From: an uncultured delta proteobacterium
GTDB lineage: Bacteria; Desulfobacterota; RBG-13-43-22
Length of the DNA stretch: 64,000 nucleotides
Direction of reading: 5' to 3'
NCBI GenBank assembly: GCA_963711835.1
Contig: CAVQFQ010000016.1
Span: 32,001 to 96,000 of the forward strand
Positions 31,601-40,577 of the stretch are shown here, piece by piece. A program made the translations under genes and the position numbers. Numbering within the stretch: the stretch's first letter is position 1; each line of letters opens with the position of its first letter. The notes below the pieces were generated by a model. The model made no database searches and had not been told where the DNA came from. It saw only the letters and a program-made list of their open reading frames with translations.

Positions 31601-31696
31601 AATCGAGGAAAAAAAATTCTGGGCCAGGGGCCAGGTAAAAATCAAGCCGGCGATTAAACAGCAGGTCAGGCAGAGGACGATGGACCGTTTACCCAA
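28628..31696 (-). CDS. Large YfhO/GT-C-like membrane protein with two C-terminal carbohydrate-binding-like repeats
   Basis: GDHLQ acidic loop, AYN..., RVPGRF, PMVNGY; repeats (F/Y)xGPxRxFxxGxYxAxF. Confidence 0.7.
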   Translation of the reverse strand: MGKRSIVLCLTCCLIAGLIFTWPLAQNFFSSIPYTLRPLSGFEKVPVMPGDHLQTYYWFWLLSDNLWGSSALFTNPYEFNGPAGPMSAVYANFPFSILYLILLPLGPIGAYNGLILLSFVLSGLAVFLLAWTWTKDSWASLLAGLVFAVVPYRVSHIAGGQLYGYVIFLLPLCLYFVEKTFESGRWVHGGAAGLCLVLMALMEPHTTFLTALTLGVYLPGRVLLFRPYPVIHLKERPGSRTGLLGVLAGGISLALFFWMSLSRQAGLPFRPPDLIQPLLLWTAAAVVIWFYLAALMARFSSLSFQAARQTVGKGFFLFTPLLFYAFQTYKSIPHLGGILLALCLGLFLTVLLRTWMLRRDRFPGFNKSAIFITAVGVGIGLAFASIYLLHLRAQVFLPSLAGKGRSLNEVKLFSPLAGNLFFWLDINKERFVTLGWGLLILAALSFLRLFMGRPQNPERLVLAGSLAFPALILTPGPSLTFFPLYQTLYDHLPFFNYPRVPGRFVMVGFIFLGLLAGMALASWREWLGSRGWVRMRRWLPLLVIPLVLAEYHTCGPLGLSLMRIDNRIYSEIPKHLPEGRLVLELPIWPGDSHQSSAYEYTVTRTRKPMVNGYAPVVFRDYIKEVFWPLYPLDHGDLTEAESRELKRLKVDLITFHDDALLYTEKVSPFPPRLTLKRLTASARLEPLAQDKNITLFKFREAGSEGAAVSEITSPVQAVQYVPNQLPATGQHRFDPEASGYTLLMDEDSLAAGRPALRPGLRGNVVSADPGQDRPGYLFQGPIRFFPSGRYQAWFRVKARPAAPSQEVGRIELWQDRATILAQRALLGKDFAAADQWTDLSLKFEITKAREIGCRVYFSGRAPISFNLALIGFADQTRGPGSVEAEDLLRQTGMVVSDPLASGQEAVFGKAGFHPPIYLCYGPYRTFEAGWYRARFYLRLKSIPRIPKEAEVGLLEVAADMGKRLFQTRKVRVQDLGSGEYRAVDLDFKVPFRCELGFRVKYSGRADLLVDRVSVTNNKKGQE

Positions 31697-32675
31697 GTTT
31701 TATACCTGAAATGGTAAAACAGTTGAACCGCAGACCAAACAGGATCCAACCCATCTGACAAGTCCAGGCGGAAAAACCACTGGGAGCGGGGAAATTGCGA
31801 ATGGTCTCTTTTTCTTTTCGGGTCAGTTTGGCCAGCGAGGTCATGGAATCCGCCACCCGGCTCATGACCGGGAAGCCGCTGAAAGTGGTCCGAAAGGCAT
31901 AATATTCCGGCTGGGAGAAGGCATAAAAATAGTCGCGAATCCGCAGAGGGGCGAAAGATCCTTTATAGCGGACGTTGGTTTCCTTAAACCAGTTTAAAAC
32001 TTCTCCGGCCGAATGGAGGCTTTCGTGGGGAAAGCCGAAGATATCATAGGCAATCTGTTTGGTATTAAGGCCGTGATAGCGTTTATCCAATTTTTTAAGG
32101 GTCCGGCCGAAGAGTCTTTCTCCCCAGGCCACCCGCTTATCAATGTCATCTCCTCCAAGCCATTTGCAGGCCATTTGTTTGGAGCGCAGGATGCGCCGGC
32201 TGTAGCTGTTGTACAGACTGACAATGACCAGGCCCCCCGGTTTGGTAACCCGAACCAGGTGCTTGAAACCCCGGAAAGGATCTCCGGTGTGATGGAGTAC
32301 TCCCACCGAAAAACTGTAATCAAAACTGTTGTCCGGAAAATCCAGATTTAAGATATCTTTTTTAATAAATTCCACATGCTCCAGATGTTCTTCTTCCTTC
32401 CTCCTCCGGGCAACGGCCAGAGACCCTTCGGAGAGATCGACGCCGGTCACTTTCCCCGCCCCCTTCAGGGCATACCAGAGGGCATATTCTCCTGTTCCGC
32501 AGCCCATATCCAGTACCTGTTTGCCTTGATAGTCTTCCGGGACGACTCCGAGACATTTCAGGCGCCAGCCCATTTCTTCATCGGCGTTGCGTCCCATAGG
32601 CCAGGGATGTTCGGAGTACATCCCGACCACGGTTTCCTGGATTTTTTTAATCTCTGCTGAAAGTTGTTCCGTCAA
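31689..32675 (-). CDS. Class I SAM-dependent methyltransferase
   Basis: VLDMGCGTG, GVLHHTGDP, KPGG. Confidence 0.88.
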   Translation of the reverse strand: MTEQLSAEIKKIQETVVGMYSEHPWPMGRNADEEMGWRLKCLGVVPEDYQGKQVLDMGCGTGEYALWYALKGAGKVTGVDLSEGSLAVARRRKEEEHLEHVEFIKKDILNLDFPDNSFDYSFSVGVLHHTGDPFRGFKHLVRVTKPGGLVIVSLYNSYSRRILRSKQMACKWLGGDDIDKRVAWGERLFGRTLKKLDKRYHGLNTKQIAYDIFGFPHESLHSAGEVLNWFKETNVRYKGSFAPLRIRDYFYAFSQPEYYAFRTTFSGFPVMSRVADSMTSLAKLTRKEKETIRNFPAPSGFSAWTCQMGWILFGLRFNCFTISGIKLG

Positions 32676-32706
32676 TTACGCTACCCCCTTGGTTTTCCCA
32701 AAAGTC

Positions 32707-33471
32707 CTATCGTCCCGGCCCCGTCAGACCCTCGCTCCCTCTGACCCGGATGATTTTGGCCGGATTTCCCAAAGCTACGGCAAAAGGCGGGAGATCCTTG
32801 GTGACTACCGAACCGGCGCCGATGATGCAATCGTTCCCCACGGTCACCCCGTCCAGGATGACGGTATTGGCCCCGATCCAACAGTTTTTCCCAATATGGA
32901 TCCCGCCTTTCAAGTCCATCCCCTGTTCGCTGATGGGAACCTCGGTTTTTTCAAAATGATAGTTGCTTCCTCCGGCCAGGTAGACCATAGGCCCGATCAC
33001 GACCTGATCCTCCACCACCACCCGGCTGATATCCACGGCATGGATGATACAATGGGGGCTGATCCCCACATGATCCCCGATCAGAATATCGGAATTCTTG
33101 CAGCCCAATATGGAATGGCGGCCGATCATGCAGGACTTGCCGAGGGAAATCCCCTGATTCGTGCCCCCTTTGGCATCCAGAACACAGCCGTCGTCAAAGA
33201 TGCATTGATCTCCGATTCGGATCTTTTGAGGATAACGAATCACCAGGTTACTTCCCCAGACAATCCCTTTTCCGCAGTACGAGATCATCAAAGGGTAAAA
33301 CAACTTCCGAGCCATCAGCCCCAAAGCGCCCGGCACTCCGGCCATGAGATTAATGAAAATTTCATACTTGAAAAGTTCCCAAAGAGAACGGCTGCCGGTT
33401 ACGTATTCCTGGTAAAGGGCCAAAGAACCCTTTTTCAGATAATAATCTTGAATTTTTTCATAGCCGGCCAT
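32707..33471 (-). CDS. Hexapeptide-repeat (left-handed beta-helix) acyltransferase
   Basis: IGKNCWIG...VTVGNDCIIGAGSVV, GNPAK; start moved to ATG 33471. Confidence 0.88.
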   Translation of the reverse strand: MAGYEKIQDYYLKKGSLALYQEYVTGSRSLWELFKYEIFINLMAGVPGALGLMARKLFYPLMISYCGKGIVWGSNLVIRYPQKIRIGDQCIFDDGCVLDAKGGTNQGISLGKSCMIGRHSILGCKNSDILIGDHVGISPHCIIHAVDISRVVVEDQVVIGPMVYLAGGSNYHFEKTEVPISEQGMDLKGGIHIGKNCWIGANTVILDGVTVGNDCIIGAGSVVTKDLPPFAVALGNPAKIIRVRGSEGLTGPGR

Positions 33472-33633
33472 GGCGGGTTTTAAGCCATCCTTATTGAAAA
33501 CTTGTAGGACCTGGGAATTTTTGGTAAGACTATTATGAATTCCGAGGGCTGTCAAGACTGAAGAAGCCTTTAAGGGCGGGAGCAGCCCCGAATCGGATCA
33601 TCATTAAATCCATAGGATCGGCCCTTTTACCCC

Positions 33634-36000
33634 ATGCAGATCGCAGCCTTCTTGGCCATAGGGCTTTTAGCCTTACTTGTTCGCCTCCCCTTTTTGAAGA
33701 ACCTCCCTTTTGACTCCGACCAGGCCATCGTGGGCTTGATGGGGCTTCACGTCCTTAAAGGCGAATTCCCCGTTCTCTATTATGGGGATTCTTATGGAGG
33801 GGCTTTGGAACCCTTCTTAGCCTCCGTGGTTTTTCTCCTCTTCGGAGCCGACCGCTTCTGGCTGCATGGCGTCTCCCTCCTGTTTACCCTGCTCTTTATC
33901 ATTTCCGTCTATCAGTTGGGATCCGAACTCTTCAACCGGGTCGTGGGCTTGTGGGCCATGCTGACGGCCTCCCTGCCTCTGTTCTATGTGGCCCTTTATT
34001 CGTCGATGGCCTATGGGGGCTATATGGAAATTCTCTGGTTGGGGAATCTCATCCTGATTTGCAGCCACCGCTGGTCCGGACGGTCGGGATCCAAACCACC
34101 GGCTCCTTATTCCCTTTTCATCCTGGGTTTTTTATGGGGGCTGTCCTGGTGGACCTATCCCCTGAGCCTGGTCTATCTGCTTACCAGTTTATTGTTTATG
34201 GTTTGGGTCGATAGGTCCTTTATCCTTAAAGGCAGGTGCCTTTGGACCGGACCGGGGTTTTTCCTGGGAAGCCTCCCGTTTTGGCTCTGGAACCTCAAGC
34301 ATGGTTTTCCTTTCTTTTCCTTTGTTCACTCGGCCGAGGGGGTCCCCTATCGCCAAAAGATCTCCGCCATCCTATTTACTTTTTTTGAATTTTTCGGGTA
34401 CCGCCCCGGGGAGGGTCTCTCCTGGGCGGTTTTTCTGTTCCTCCTGCTCATGGTGATCAGCCTGATGTTGCCACTCGTCCGAAGAAAATGGGTCTCCCGC
34501 CGGTTTCCCAACAGCCGACCTACCCTGCTGCTCATCCTCTTCGGTGTTGTCTTTCTGGTTTTATACAGCGGCAGCCGTTTCAGCGAAAAAACGGTTTTGC
34601 GCTATCTCCTGCCCCTTTACTCCCTTTACCCCTTGACTTTAGGCCTCCTTCTTTATTCCCTGAGCAGGCTGACCCGCTGGGGAACCTGGCTCCTTTTGGC
34701 GGGCCTCTTCCTCTTCTTCCTGAACGAATACAACACCTTTTATTCTTTGATACAAAGGCAGGCCGTTAAAAACCAACAGCAGTCTCAAGTAGAAAAAGCC
34801 ATGAACAGCTTTTTAAAGGAAAAACAAATCACCACCAGCTATGCCCCCGAATACTGGAGCGCGGCCCAGTTGACTTTTGACGCCCGGGAGGAATGTCTCT
34901 TCGCCCAGCCCTTCAACGACCGCTACCCTTATTATACCTTCCTGGCCGATGCCTCCCCCAATCCGGCTTTTGTCCTGGAGGGCAAGCACCCCCAAAGTTT
35001 TGAGGAGATGTTATCCGCTATGGGCGGCGCCGGTCAAAATAAACTCTTTGCCTTCCATCAGGGGATAAAAGGTATCGTGGTTCAATACGGGTTTCAGCTT
35101 CCGGAAAAATCCTCCCTTGAAATTTTTCCCCGGCAGTGGAGAAGCACCAGCAACAGCAATCCCGAAACATCACAGAAAGCCTTTGACCGCAACCGGGCCA
35201 CCTATTGGACCTCGGGCCGTCCGCAACAGCCAGGGTTGTTTTATCAGTTGGATTTAGGCCAAGCCTATCGGCTTGATCGCTTGGTCCTCCTGGCTGCCAA
35301 AGGGAAGGAATGGGATTTCCCAGCCGCTTACCAGGTGGAATTGTCTCAGGATCTGCGTAACTGGAACCCCATCGTCTGGGTCCCCCATCAATGGGCCTAT
35401 CTTTTCTGGTCCCTGGATCACCCGGTCTGGAAGCTGCGGGAGGGGCGGATCGAAATAGACCTCCAGGCTCAGGAGGCCCGCTATATAAAAATCACCCTGA
35501 CCGGTTCAACCCGATACTACTGGGCCATAGGGGAGATCTTTGTCTATCGTCAGGAGAAGGCCGCTCAACAGCAGACGCTGAATTTGAAGGAACTCCTGGC
35601 TTTTCTGGACCAAGAGAAAATCCGCCGTCTCTATGCCGATGTCGTCCTTTCCGCCAGGATTACCCAAGCCACCCTGGGAAAAGTCAAGTGCCTCATGGAC
35701 GAATACGATATGAGCCGGGCCATGGACTACAAAACAAATGGCTACAACGACCCCTTTCCCTATTTAAATGACTTAAAAAGACTAGTTGATTTTTCCCAAT
35801 CTCCAGCTTTCATCATCAAAAGGGAAAACGCCCCGGCCCTGGAAAAAGTTTTAGAAAGCCGAAAGGCCTCCACCATTAACCGGTCTTTCGGCGATCATCT
35901 GCTTTATTATCAATTGAAATTCCCTGCCTCCCCGGGTGCCGGCCAAAAACAGGACAAGCCCTCCCTCTACTGGACTGGAACCCATCTCTTGGCTTATTAA
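33634..36000 (+). CDS. ArnT/PMT-like GT-C glycosyltransferase with a discoidin (F5/8)-like domain
   Basis: DSDQA loop, multiple TMs, RYLLPL, AFDRNRATYWTS...QQPG..QLDLG...WAIGEI; paralog of 14669-16678. Confidence 0.75.
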   Translation: MQIAAFLAIGLLALLVRLPFLKNLPFDSDQAIVGLMGLHVLKGEFPVLYYGDSYGGALEPFLASVVFLLFGADRFWLHGVSLLFTLLFIISVYQLGSELFNRVVGLWAMLTASLPLFYVALYSSMAYGGYMEILWLGNLILICSHRWSGRSGSKPPAPYSLFILGFLWGLSWWTYPLSLVYLLTSLLFMVWVDRSFILKGRCLWTGPGFFLGSLPFWLWNLKHGFPFFSFVHSAEGVPYRQKISAILFTFFEFFGYRPGEGLSWAVFLFLLLMVISLMLPLVRRKWVSRRFPNSRPTLLLILFGVVFLVLYSGSRFSEKTVLRYLLPLYSLYPLTLGLLLYSLSRLTRWGTWLLLAGLFLFFLNEYNTFYSLIQRQAVKNQQQSQVEKAMNSFLKEKQITTSYAPEYWSAAQLTFDAREECLFAQPFNDRYPYYTFLADASPNPAFVLEGKHPQSFEEMLSAMGGAGQNKLFAFHQGIKGIVVQYGFQLPEKSSLEIFPRQWRSTSNSNPETSQKAFDRNRATYWTSGRPQQPGLFYQLDLGQAYRLDRLVLLAAKGKEWDFPAAYQVELSQDLRNWNPIVWVPHQWAYLFWSLDHPVWKLREGRIEIDLQAQEARYIKITLTGSTRYYWAIGEIFVYRQEKAAQQQTLNLKELLAFLDQEKIRRLYADVVLSARITQATLGKVKCLMDEYDMSRAMDYKTNGYNDPFPYLNDLKRLVDFSQSPAFIIKRENAPALEKVLESRKASTINRSFGDHLLYYQLKFPASPGAGQKQDKPSLYWTGTHLLAY

Positions 36001-36094
36001 CAATCTAAAATGCGGACTGATCCTCGATGTCCGGGCACTAAGGTCCTAATACTTTCGAAGCCCCAAACAAAATAAAATGACCAATATCCAAATT

Positions 36095-36141
36095 CACCCC
36101 CACCCCTTCCCTCCCCCCTCCGAGGGGGAGGGTGAGGGAGG
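36095..36141. repeat. REP-like GC-rich palindrome
   Basis: CCCTCCCCC...GGGGGAGGG hairpin between convergent genes; related to 52237-52332 and 62648-62685. Confidence 0.6.
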
Positions 36142-36163
36142 ATTTCTGATTTAGTTCAAACTT

Positions 36164-36847
36164 TCAATTTTTTTTTCGACTCGTTCGGGCAGGAAAAAGA
36201 AGAGGAAACAATACCAAGGGGACCAGGATAAAGGCGGCATAGTGACTCAGTTGCAGGAAAAAATCCGAAACCTTATAGGCCAAGGAACTCCAGGGGGCTA
36301 AGGGAAAAGAAAGCAGGGATAGTTTCTCGCGCTGCCCTTCCGGTGAAATCCAGAAAAAATCCAGGTAGGCCTCTCCACCCAGGTTCTGATGAATAATTTC
36401 TACAAAATGGAGCCCTTTTTTCAGGAATACAAAATCCCTCAATTCCCTCCGACCATGAACCCCTCCATTATCCAAGACCCTCTCCCCGTCTATCCAAATC
36501 CAGGACCCATCATCCGATTCGCTTCCGATCCAGTACAGGCCGGGCCTTTTTATTTCCCAGAGACCCATGACCCGGACCTCAAAACGATCATAATCCCAGT
36601 GAGAGTCTCCTTGGCGAGTCAGGGGAAGATTGATGGCTGTTTTAAAATGCCGGCTTGAAGCGTCTCTCTCATAAACAGTCGCTCTGCCTTCCAGCCCCGG
36701 GGAAGAGGCGTTGAAAAGCAGCGCCCAGCCAAGATGAAAGCCGCTGACTGTCCAGCCTATAAACAGAGAAATAATCCAGAAGCTGGCCGGGAGGGCAACC
36801 CACCGCCCCGGATGTTTTTTAAAACTCTGGGAAAAAAATCCGGCCAC
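36164..36847 (-). CDS. Membrane-anchored PA14-domain protein
   Basis: ESDDGSWIWIDG...DNGGVH...LKKGLH flanked by two TM helices. Confidence 0.8.
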   Translation of the reverse strand: MAGFFSQSFKKHPGRWVALPASFWIISLFIGWTVSGFHLGWALLFNASSPGLEGRATVYERDASSRHFKTAINLPLTRQGDSHWDYDRFEVRVMGLWEIKRPGLYWIGSESDDGSWIWIDGERVLDNGGVHGRRELRDFVFLKKGLHFVEIIHQNLGGEAYLDFFWISPEGQREKLSLLSFPLAPWSSLAYKVSDFFLQLSHYAAFILVPLVLFPLLFPARTSRKKN

Positions 36848-36848
36848 G

Positions 36849-38784
36849 TTAAGAGGCCAATCCCGTCTTAAGAATGGTTATTTCGGGATTCGCATAGACC
36901 ATGATAAAAGATTGTTTAAAAAGGTCCAGGTCCAGGTGATGCTCTTCCATAAATTGGCTTTCAATGGGTCCTAGTGACTATATACTGAACCTGGTATTTT
37001 TTGATGAAATTTTCTCTCATCGCCCGGTCGGTGGAGGAAAAAAATTGCTCCACCTCCTCTCTCCATCGGATCAGGTTCTTTTCATTCTCATAGCGGTCCA
37101 GGTGCCAGGAGATCCCATAGACGACGACCCTCTCCCCCAGCCCTTCAACGGTTTCCAATGCTTCCCGGTTATCAGGCAGGACGACAAAGGTGCTCTTGGA
37201 AGGGGTGAAGGTCCTGATAAAATTACCGGCCGCCCTTTGTTCCCGGCTGAAGGTTCCTTCCCAGCCGGTTTCGATTCGATAGGCCACCTCGTTTATATAA
37301 GGGGGCAAAAGGATGCCCCCCAGGATTAAAAAAATCAGGACCCGGTATTTCAGGCGTAGGATGTTTAAGGTGCTCAGCCCGATCCCCCCCAGGAGTGCGA
37401 TATAAAGACTGTTCGGCAGAAGGAAATGACAGGGATGATTTAATCCTCCCGAACCCAGCAGACTTAAGGTCATATACGGGAGGGAAAAGGGCAGGAGCCA
37501 TTGACGGGCCGGTCCCGAAAAGACCAGGGCCATGAAGACGAAAGGCAGGGCCAGCCCATGCAGGCTGAGGATTTCCTCCAGGGCCTTGCCTATAGACTCC
37601 CACTCCTGGTGAAAAATATAAATCGGGGCCTGAGGGGCATCCGGCCGGAAATAAAGATAAAAAGTAAGCAGATAGGGAAGGGGGGTCAAAAAATAGGTCA
37701 GATAGGAAGGGGAGAATTTTTTTTGGAAGATCTGAACCAAGAGAAAAAGGCCAAAGCCTCCTAAAAATCCCAGGATATAAATAGGATGAAAGAAGGGTCC
37801 AATAGCACAAGCCGCCAGAGAAAGGATTAAATCTTGTTTTCTTTTGTCCTCATGATAACGGATTAAAAAGTAAAAGGCCGTCAAAACCGGCAGCAGCCCC
37901 GGCAGGGCATACCATCCCCACAACAGGGAGTAGCCGGTAACGGCGATCAGAAATTCCCAGATCAGACCATATTCGGGGATGAATCCGTTGCCCGCGAGTC
38001 CTTTGAGAATCCAACCCAGGAAACTGCCGAAGGTCAGGAAAAGAACGGCCCCCACTCCGGCCCAGCCATCCCGGGTTATCTTTTGGGTCACCATATAAAT
38101 CAGCCCGAGATAAACGAAACTGAGCAGGCTCGACATGATCTCAAAAACTCTCCAGGTCGAAACACCCCCCAGGCAATGGATTAAAGCATACATAAACCAA
38201 AATCCCCAAGGCTGTTTCAGGGGTAAAAAAGAGGCCTCCGGATTTCGCGGCGGAAAATTCCTAACCAATTCCTGGACGATACCGGAGAGGTAAATCCAGT
38301 CATCGGTGAAGGGGCCCATACGGGTAAGGCCAAGATAGAAAAAAATCCAGAAACAAATGGCTAAAAGGAGTGGGGGTAGAATGGAGACATGGTCATTTTG
38401 ATCATAAAAAGGCTCCTCCTGTCTTTTTCGTTGAAAAAGAATAATCAGGCCAAACAGATTCAAGGAAAAGGCCGTCAGGAAGGGGGTTAGTTTCTGGAGA
38501 AAGATATAACCAGGCAAGACCAGGAAAGGAGAAATTAAAAAACTTAATCCCATGGACCCCACCAGGGCAAAAAATGGATCCCGCCAAATTTTTAGCCTCT
38601 GGCTTAAAAGGTATCCGGGTAAAAATCCAATCCAGATTAAAGAAGCGGTCAGCCGGGTTGGTGGGATTAGAAGCCCCAGATCGGCCAAGGCTATAAGTGT
38701 GAACCCAACAAATAAAGGGCTTGACCGGAGGTTCCCGAAAGAAAGGACCTGATTAATGAATGGCCGGGGGTGCGCTTTTTCCAT
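36849..38784 (-). CDS. Multi-TM GT-C-like membrane protein with a +1 indel near 36975
   Basis: About 13 TMs, DDW loop; removing one base restores KYQVQYIVLGPIE...KTGLAS* ending just before the PA14 gene. Confidence 0.65.
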
Positions 38785-38984
38785 TAGAGGCAGGCATCCC
38801 CACGAAGGCCTTTAGGGGGTTGGCTCCTGACTTGACTTTCCTCGAAGAAATCCAATTCGTACCTGGCCCCCAAAAAAACAGGGCACTTATCTGACTGAAC
38901 CATTTTTATTCCTGGCAAATAAACGCGTAATCAACCCAATAAATTTCTTGACAGATGGTCCATTTTAGCCCAAAGGAAACCCTT

Positions 38985-40088
38985 ATGGGAAGAGATATTC
39001 GGCTTGATATGATCAGGGGTTTGATTTTAATTTGGATGACGGTCAGCCACCTGGGAGAACCCCTTCGTCGTTATTCCTATGAGGGCCTGGGATTTATTTC
39101 GGTGGCCGAGGCCTTCGTCTTTATTTCGGGTTTGGTGGCCGGCATGGTTTATACCCGCATGGCCGAGCGGCTTTCCTACCAAGCCCTGAGCACGAGGGCC
39201 CGTCATAGGGCCAGAGACATCTATGGCTACCATCTATCGGTTTATCTGCTCATCCTGGTTCTGGTGAACGTAATCCAGGCCTTTTCTGATTCTTGGGGGC
39301 CGCGGTTTCCCCTTTTTACCGAATCTCCTCTAAAGGCCCTGGGCTTTGGCATCGTATTATTGTACCAACCCACGCTCATGGATATCCTGCCCATGTACTG
39401 CCTTTATATTTTATTCACTCCCCTTATTATTGATTGCTTCCAAAAAAATCGAACCGGACGTGTCTTTCTGGTCAGCCTGTCGGGATGGATCGTCTCCCAA
39501 TTCGGTATCTGGGGATGGATCCACCATGAAGCCATCCTAAAAGTCATTCCCTTAAACCTGGGTATTTTTGATTTTTTTGCCTGGCAATTCCTATTTATTG
39601 TTGGGCTGTGGTTTGGGTTTAAAAGACAAAAGGGGTATTCCTTTCCTTTTCTTCAAAAAAGACACCTCATCCTAGTCTGCTTTTTAGGGAGCCTGTTTTT
39701 TTTCCTGTTTAAACACCATTTGGTCCTGGATAATCTTTTCAAGTTAGATCTATACCCCTGGTTGGGAAGGCAATCTTTGGGTCCTCTCCGGCTGGTCAAT
39801 TTTTTTATGATCGTTTATCTCGTAACCGTTATTTCGGTCCGATTAAAAAGATACCTGGAATGGCGAGCCCTGGCTTTTCTGGGACAGCATTCCCTGCAAG
39901 TCTTTACCTTTCATGTCCTCCTGGTCTATTTGATGCTCACTTTCTATTATCGTCTCATCCCCCTGAGTTGGGTGATAATTATTCTTTTTAATTTGGTCGT
40001 CATCGCTGCCTTATTTATTCCTGCCTGGATCCATAGCCGTTATCGAAAAGAGACCAAAAAATTAGCCAAAGCCGACACCGTTGAGTGA
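38985..40088 (+). CDS. OpgC-family acyl(succinyl)transferase
   Basis: RLDMIRG, AEAFVFISG, DILPMY, FAWQ, LGQHSLQVF; AAGGA RBS before ATG 38985. Confidence 0.85.
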   Translation: MGRDIRLDMIRGLILIWMTVSHLGEPLRRYSYEGLGFISVAEAFVFISGLVAGMVYTRMAERLSYQALSTRARHRARDIYGYHLSVYLLILVLVNVIQAFSDSWGPRFPLFTESPLKALGFGIVLLYQPTLMDILPMYCLYILFTPLIIDCFQKNRTGRVFLVSLSGWIVSQFGIWGWIHHEAILKVIPLNLGIFDFFAWQFLFIVGLWFGFKRQKGYSFPFLQKRHLILVCFLGSLFFFLFKHHLVLDNLFKLDLYPWLGRQSLGPLRLVNFFMIVYLVTVISVRLKRYLEWRALAFLGQHSLQVFTFHVLLVYLMLTFYYRLIPLSWVIIILFNLVVIAALFIPAWIHSRYRKETKKLAKADTVE

Positions 40089-40143
40089 TCCCTCTTTCAG
40101 CATCGCCGGCTTTCAATCTATAAAATATTTCACAAAATTATTA

Positions 40144-40172
40144 TTGACAACTTATTGAATTGGAAAGAAAAT
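40144..40172 (+). promoter_or_regulatory. Putative sigma70 promoter
   Basis: TTGACA-17 nt-GAAAAT, followed by an AGGAGG RBS and ATG 40202. Confidence 0.5.
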
Positions 40173-40201
40173 AGTTCAAAACTATTTAAAAGGAGGAAAC
40201 T

Positions 40202-40402
40202 ATGGCACCAGCAAAAAAACCGGCGGCTAAAAAGACCGCGCTTAAACCGGCTCAAAAAGCCTCTTCCCGGGTAGGGAGCAAGTATGCCTGCAGCGATTGC
40301 GGCCTGGTTTTGGTGGTTGATGCAGATTGCGGTTGCGCCACGGTGGATCTGGTTTGCTGCGGCACGCCGATGAAGAAAAAAAGGGCGGCCTGCAAAAAAT
40401 AA
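40202..40402 (+). CDS. Small desulforedoxin-like Cys protein with a Lys/Ala-rich N-terminus
   Basis: YACSDCG...CGC...LVCCGTPM; strong RBS. Confidence 0.75.
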   Translation: MAPAKKPAAKKTALKPAQKASSRVGSKYACSDCGLVLVVDADCGCATVDLVCCGTPMKKKRAACKK

Positions 40403-40521
40403 CCCCAGAGGCAATAGGTTATAGGGTTAAAACATTCCTTTAAAATTCAGCCTTTCGATTTTATCTGTTTTGCAAAACCGGCAGGGTTGATGTTTCTTTT
40501 GCGAAGAAGGGACTAAAGATA

Positions 40522-40552
40522 ACCGGCGATCCGCCAAAGGCGGACCGCCGGT
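40522..40552 (-). terminator. Hairpin terminator downstream of the rhodanese gene
   Basis: ACCGGCGGTCCGCC-TTT-GGCGGATCGCCGGT followed by TATCTTT on the minus strand. Confidence 0.55.
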
Positions 40553-40577
40553 CTAGAGGGAAGGTTGAGAGAGAGGT

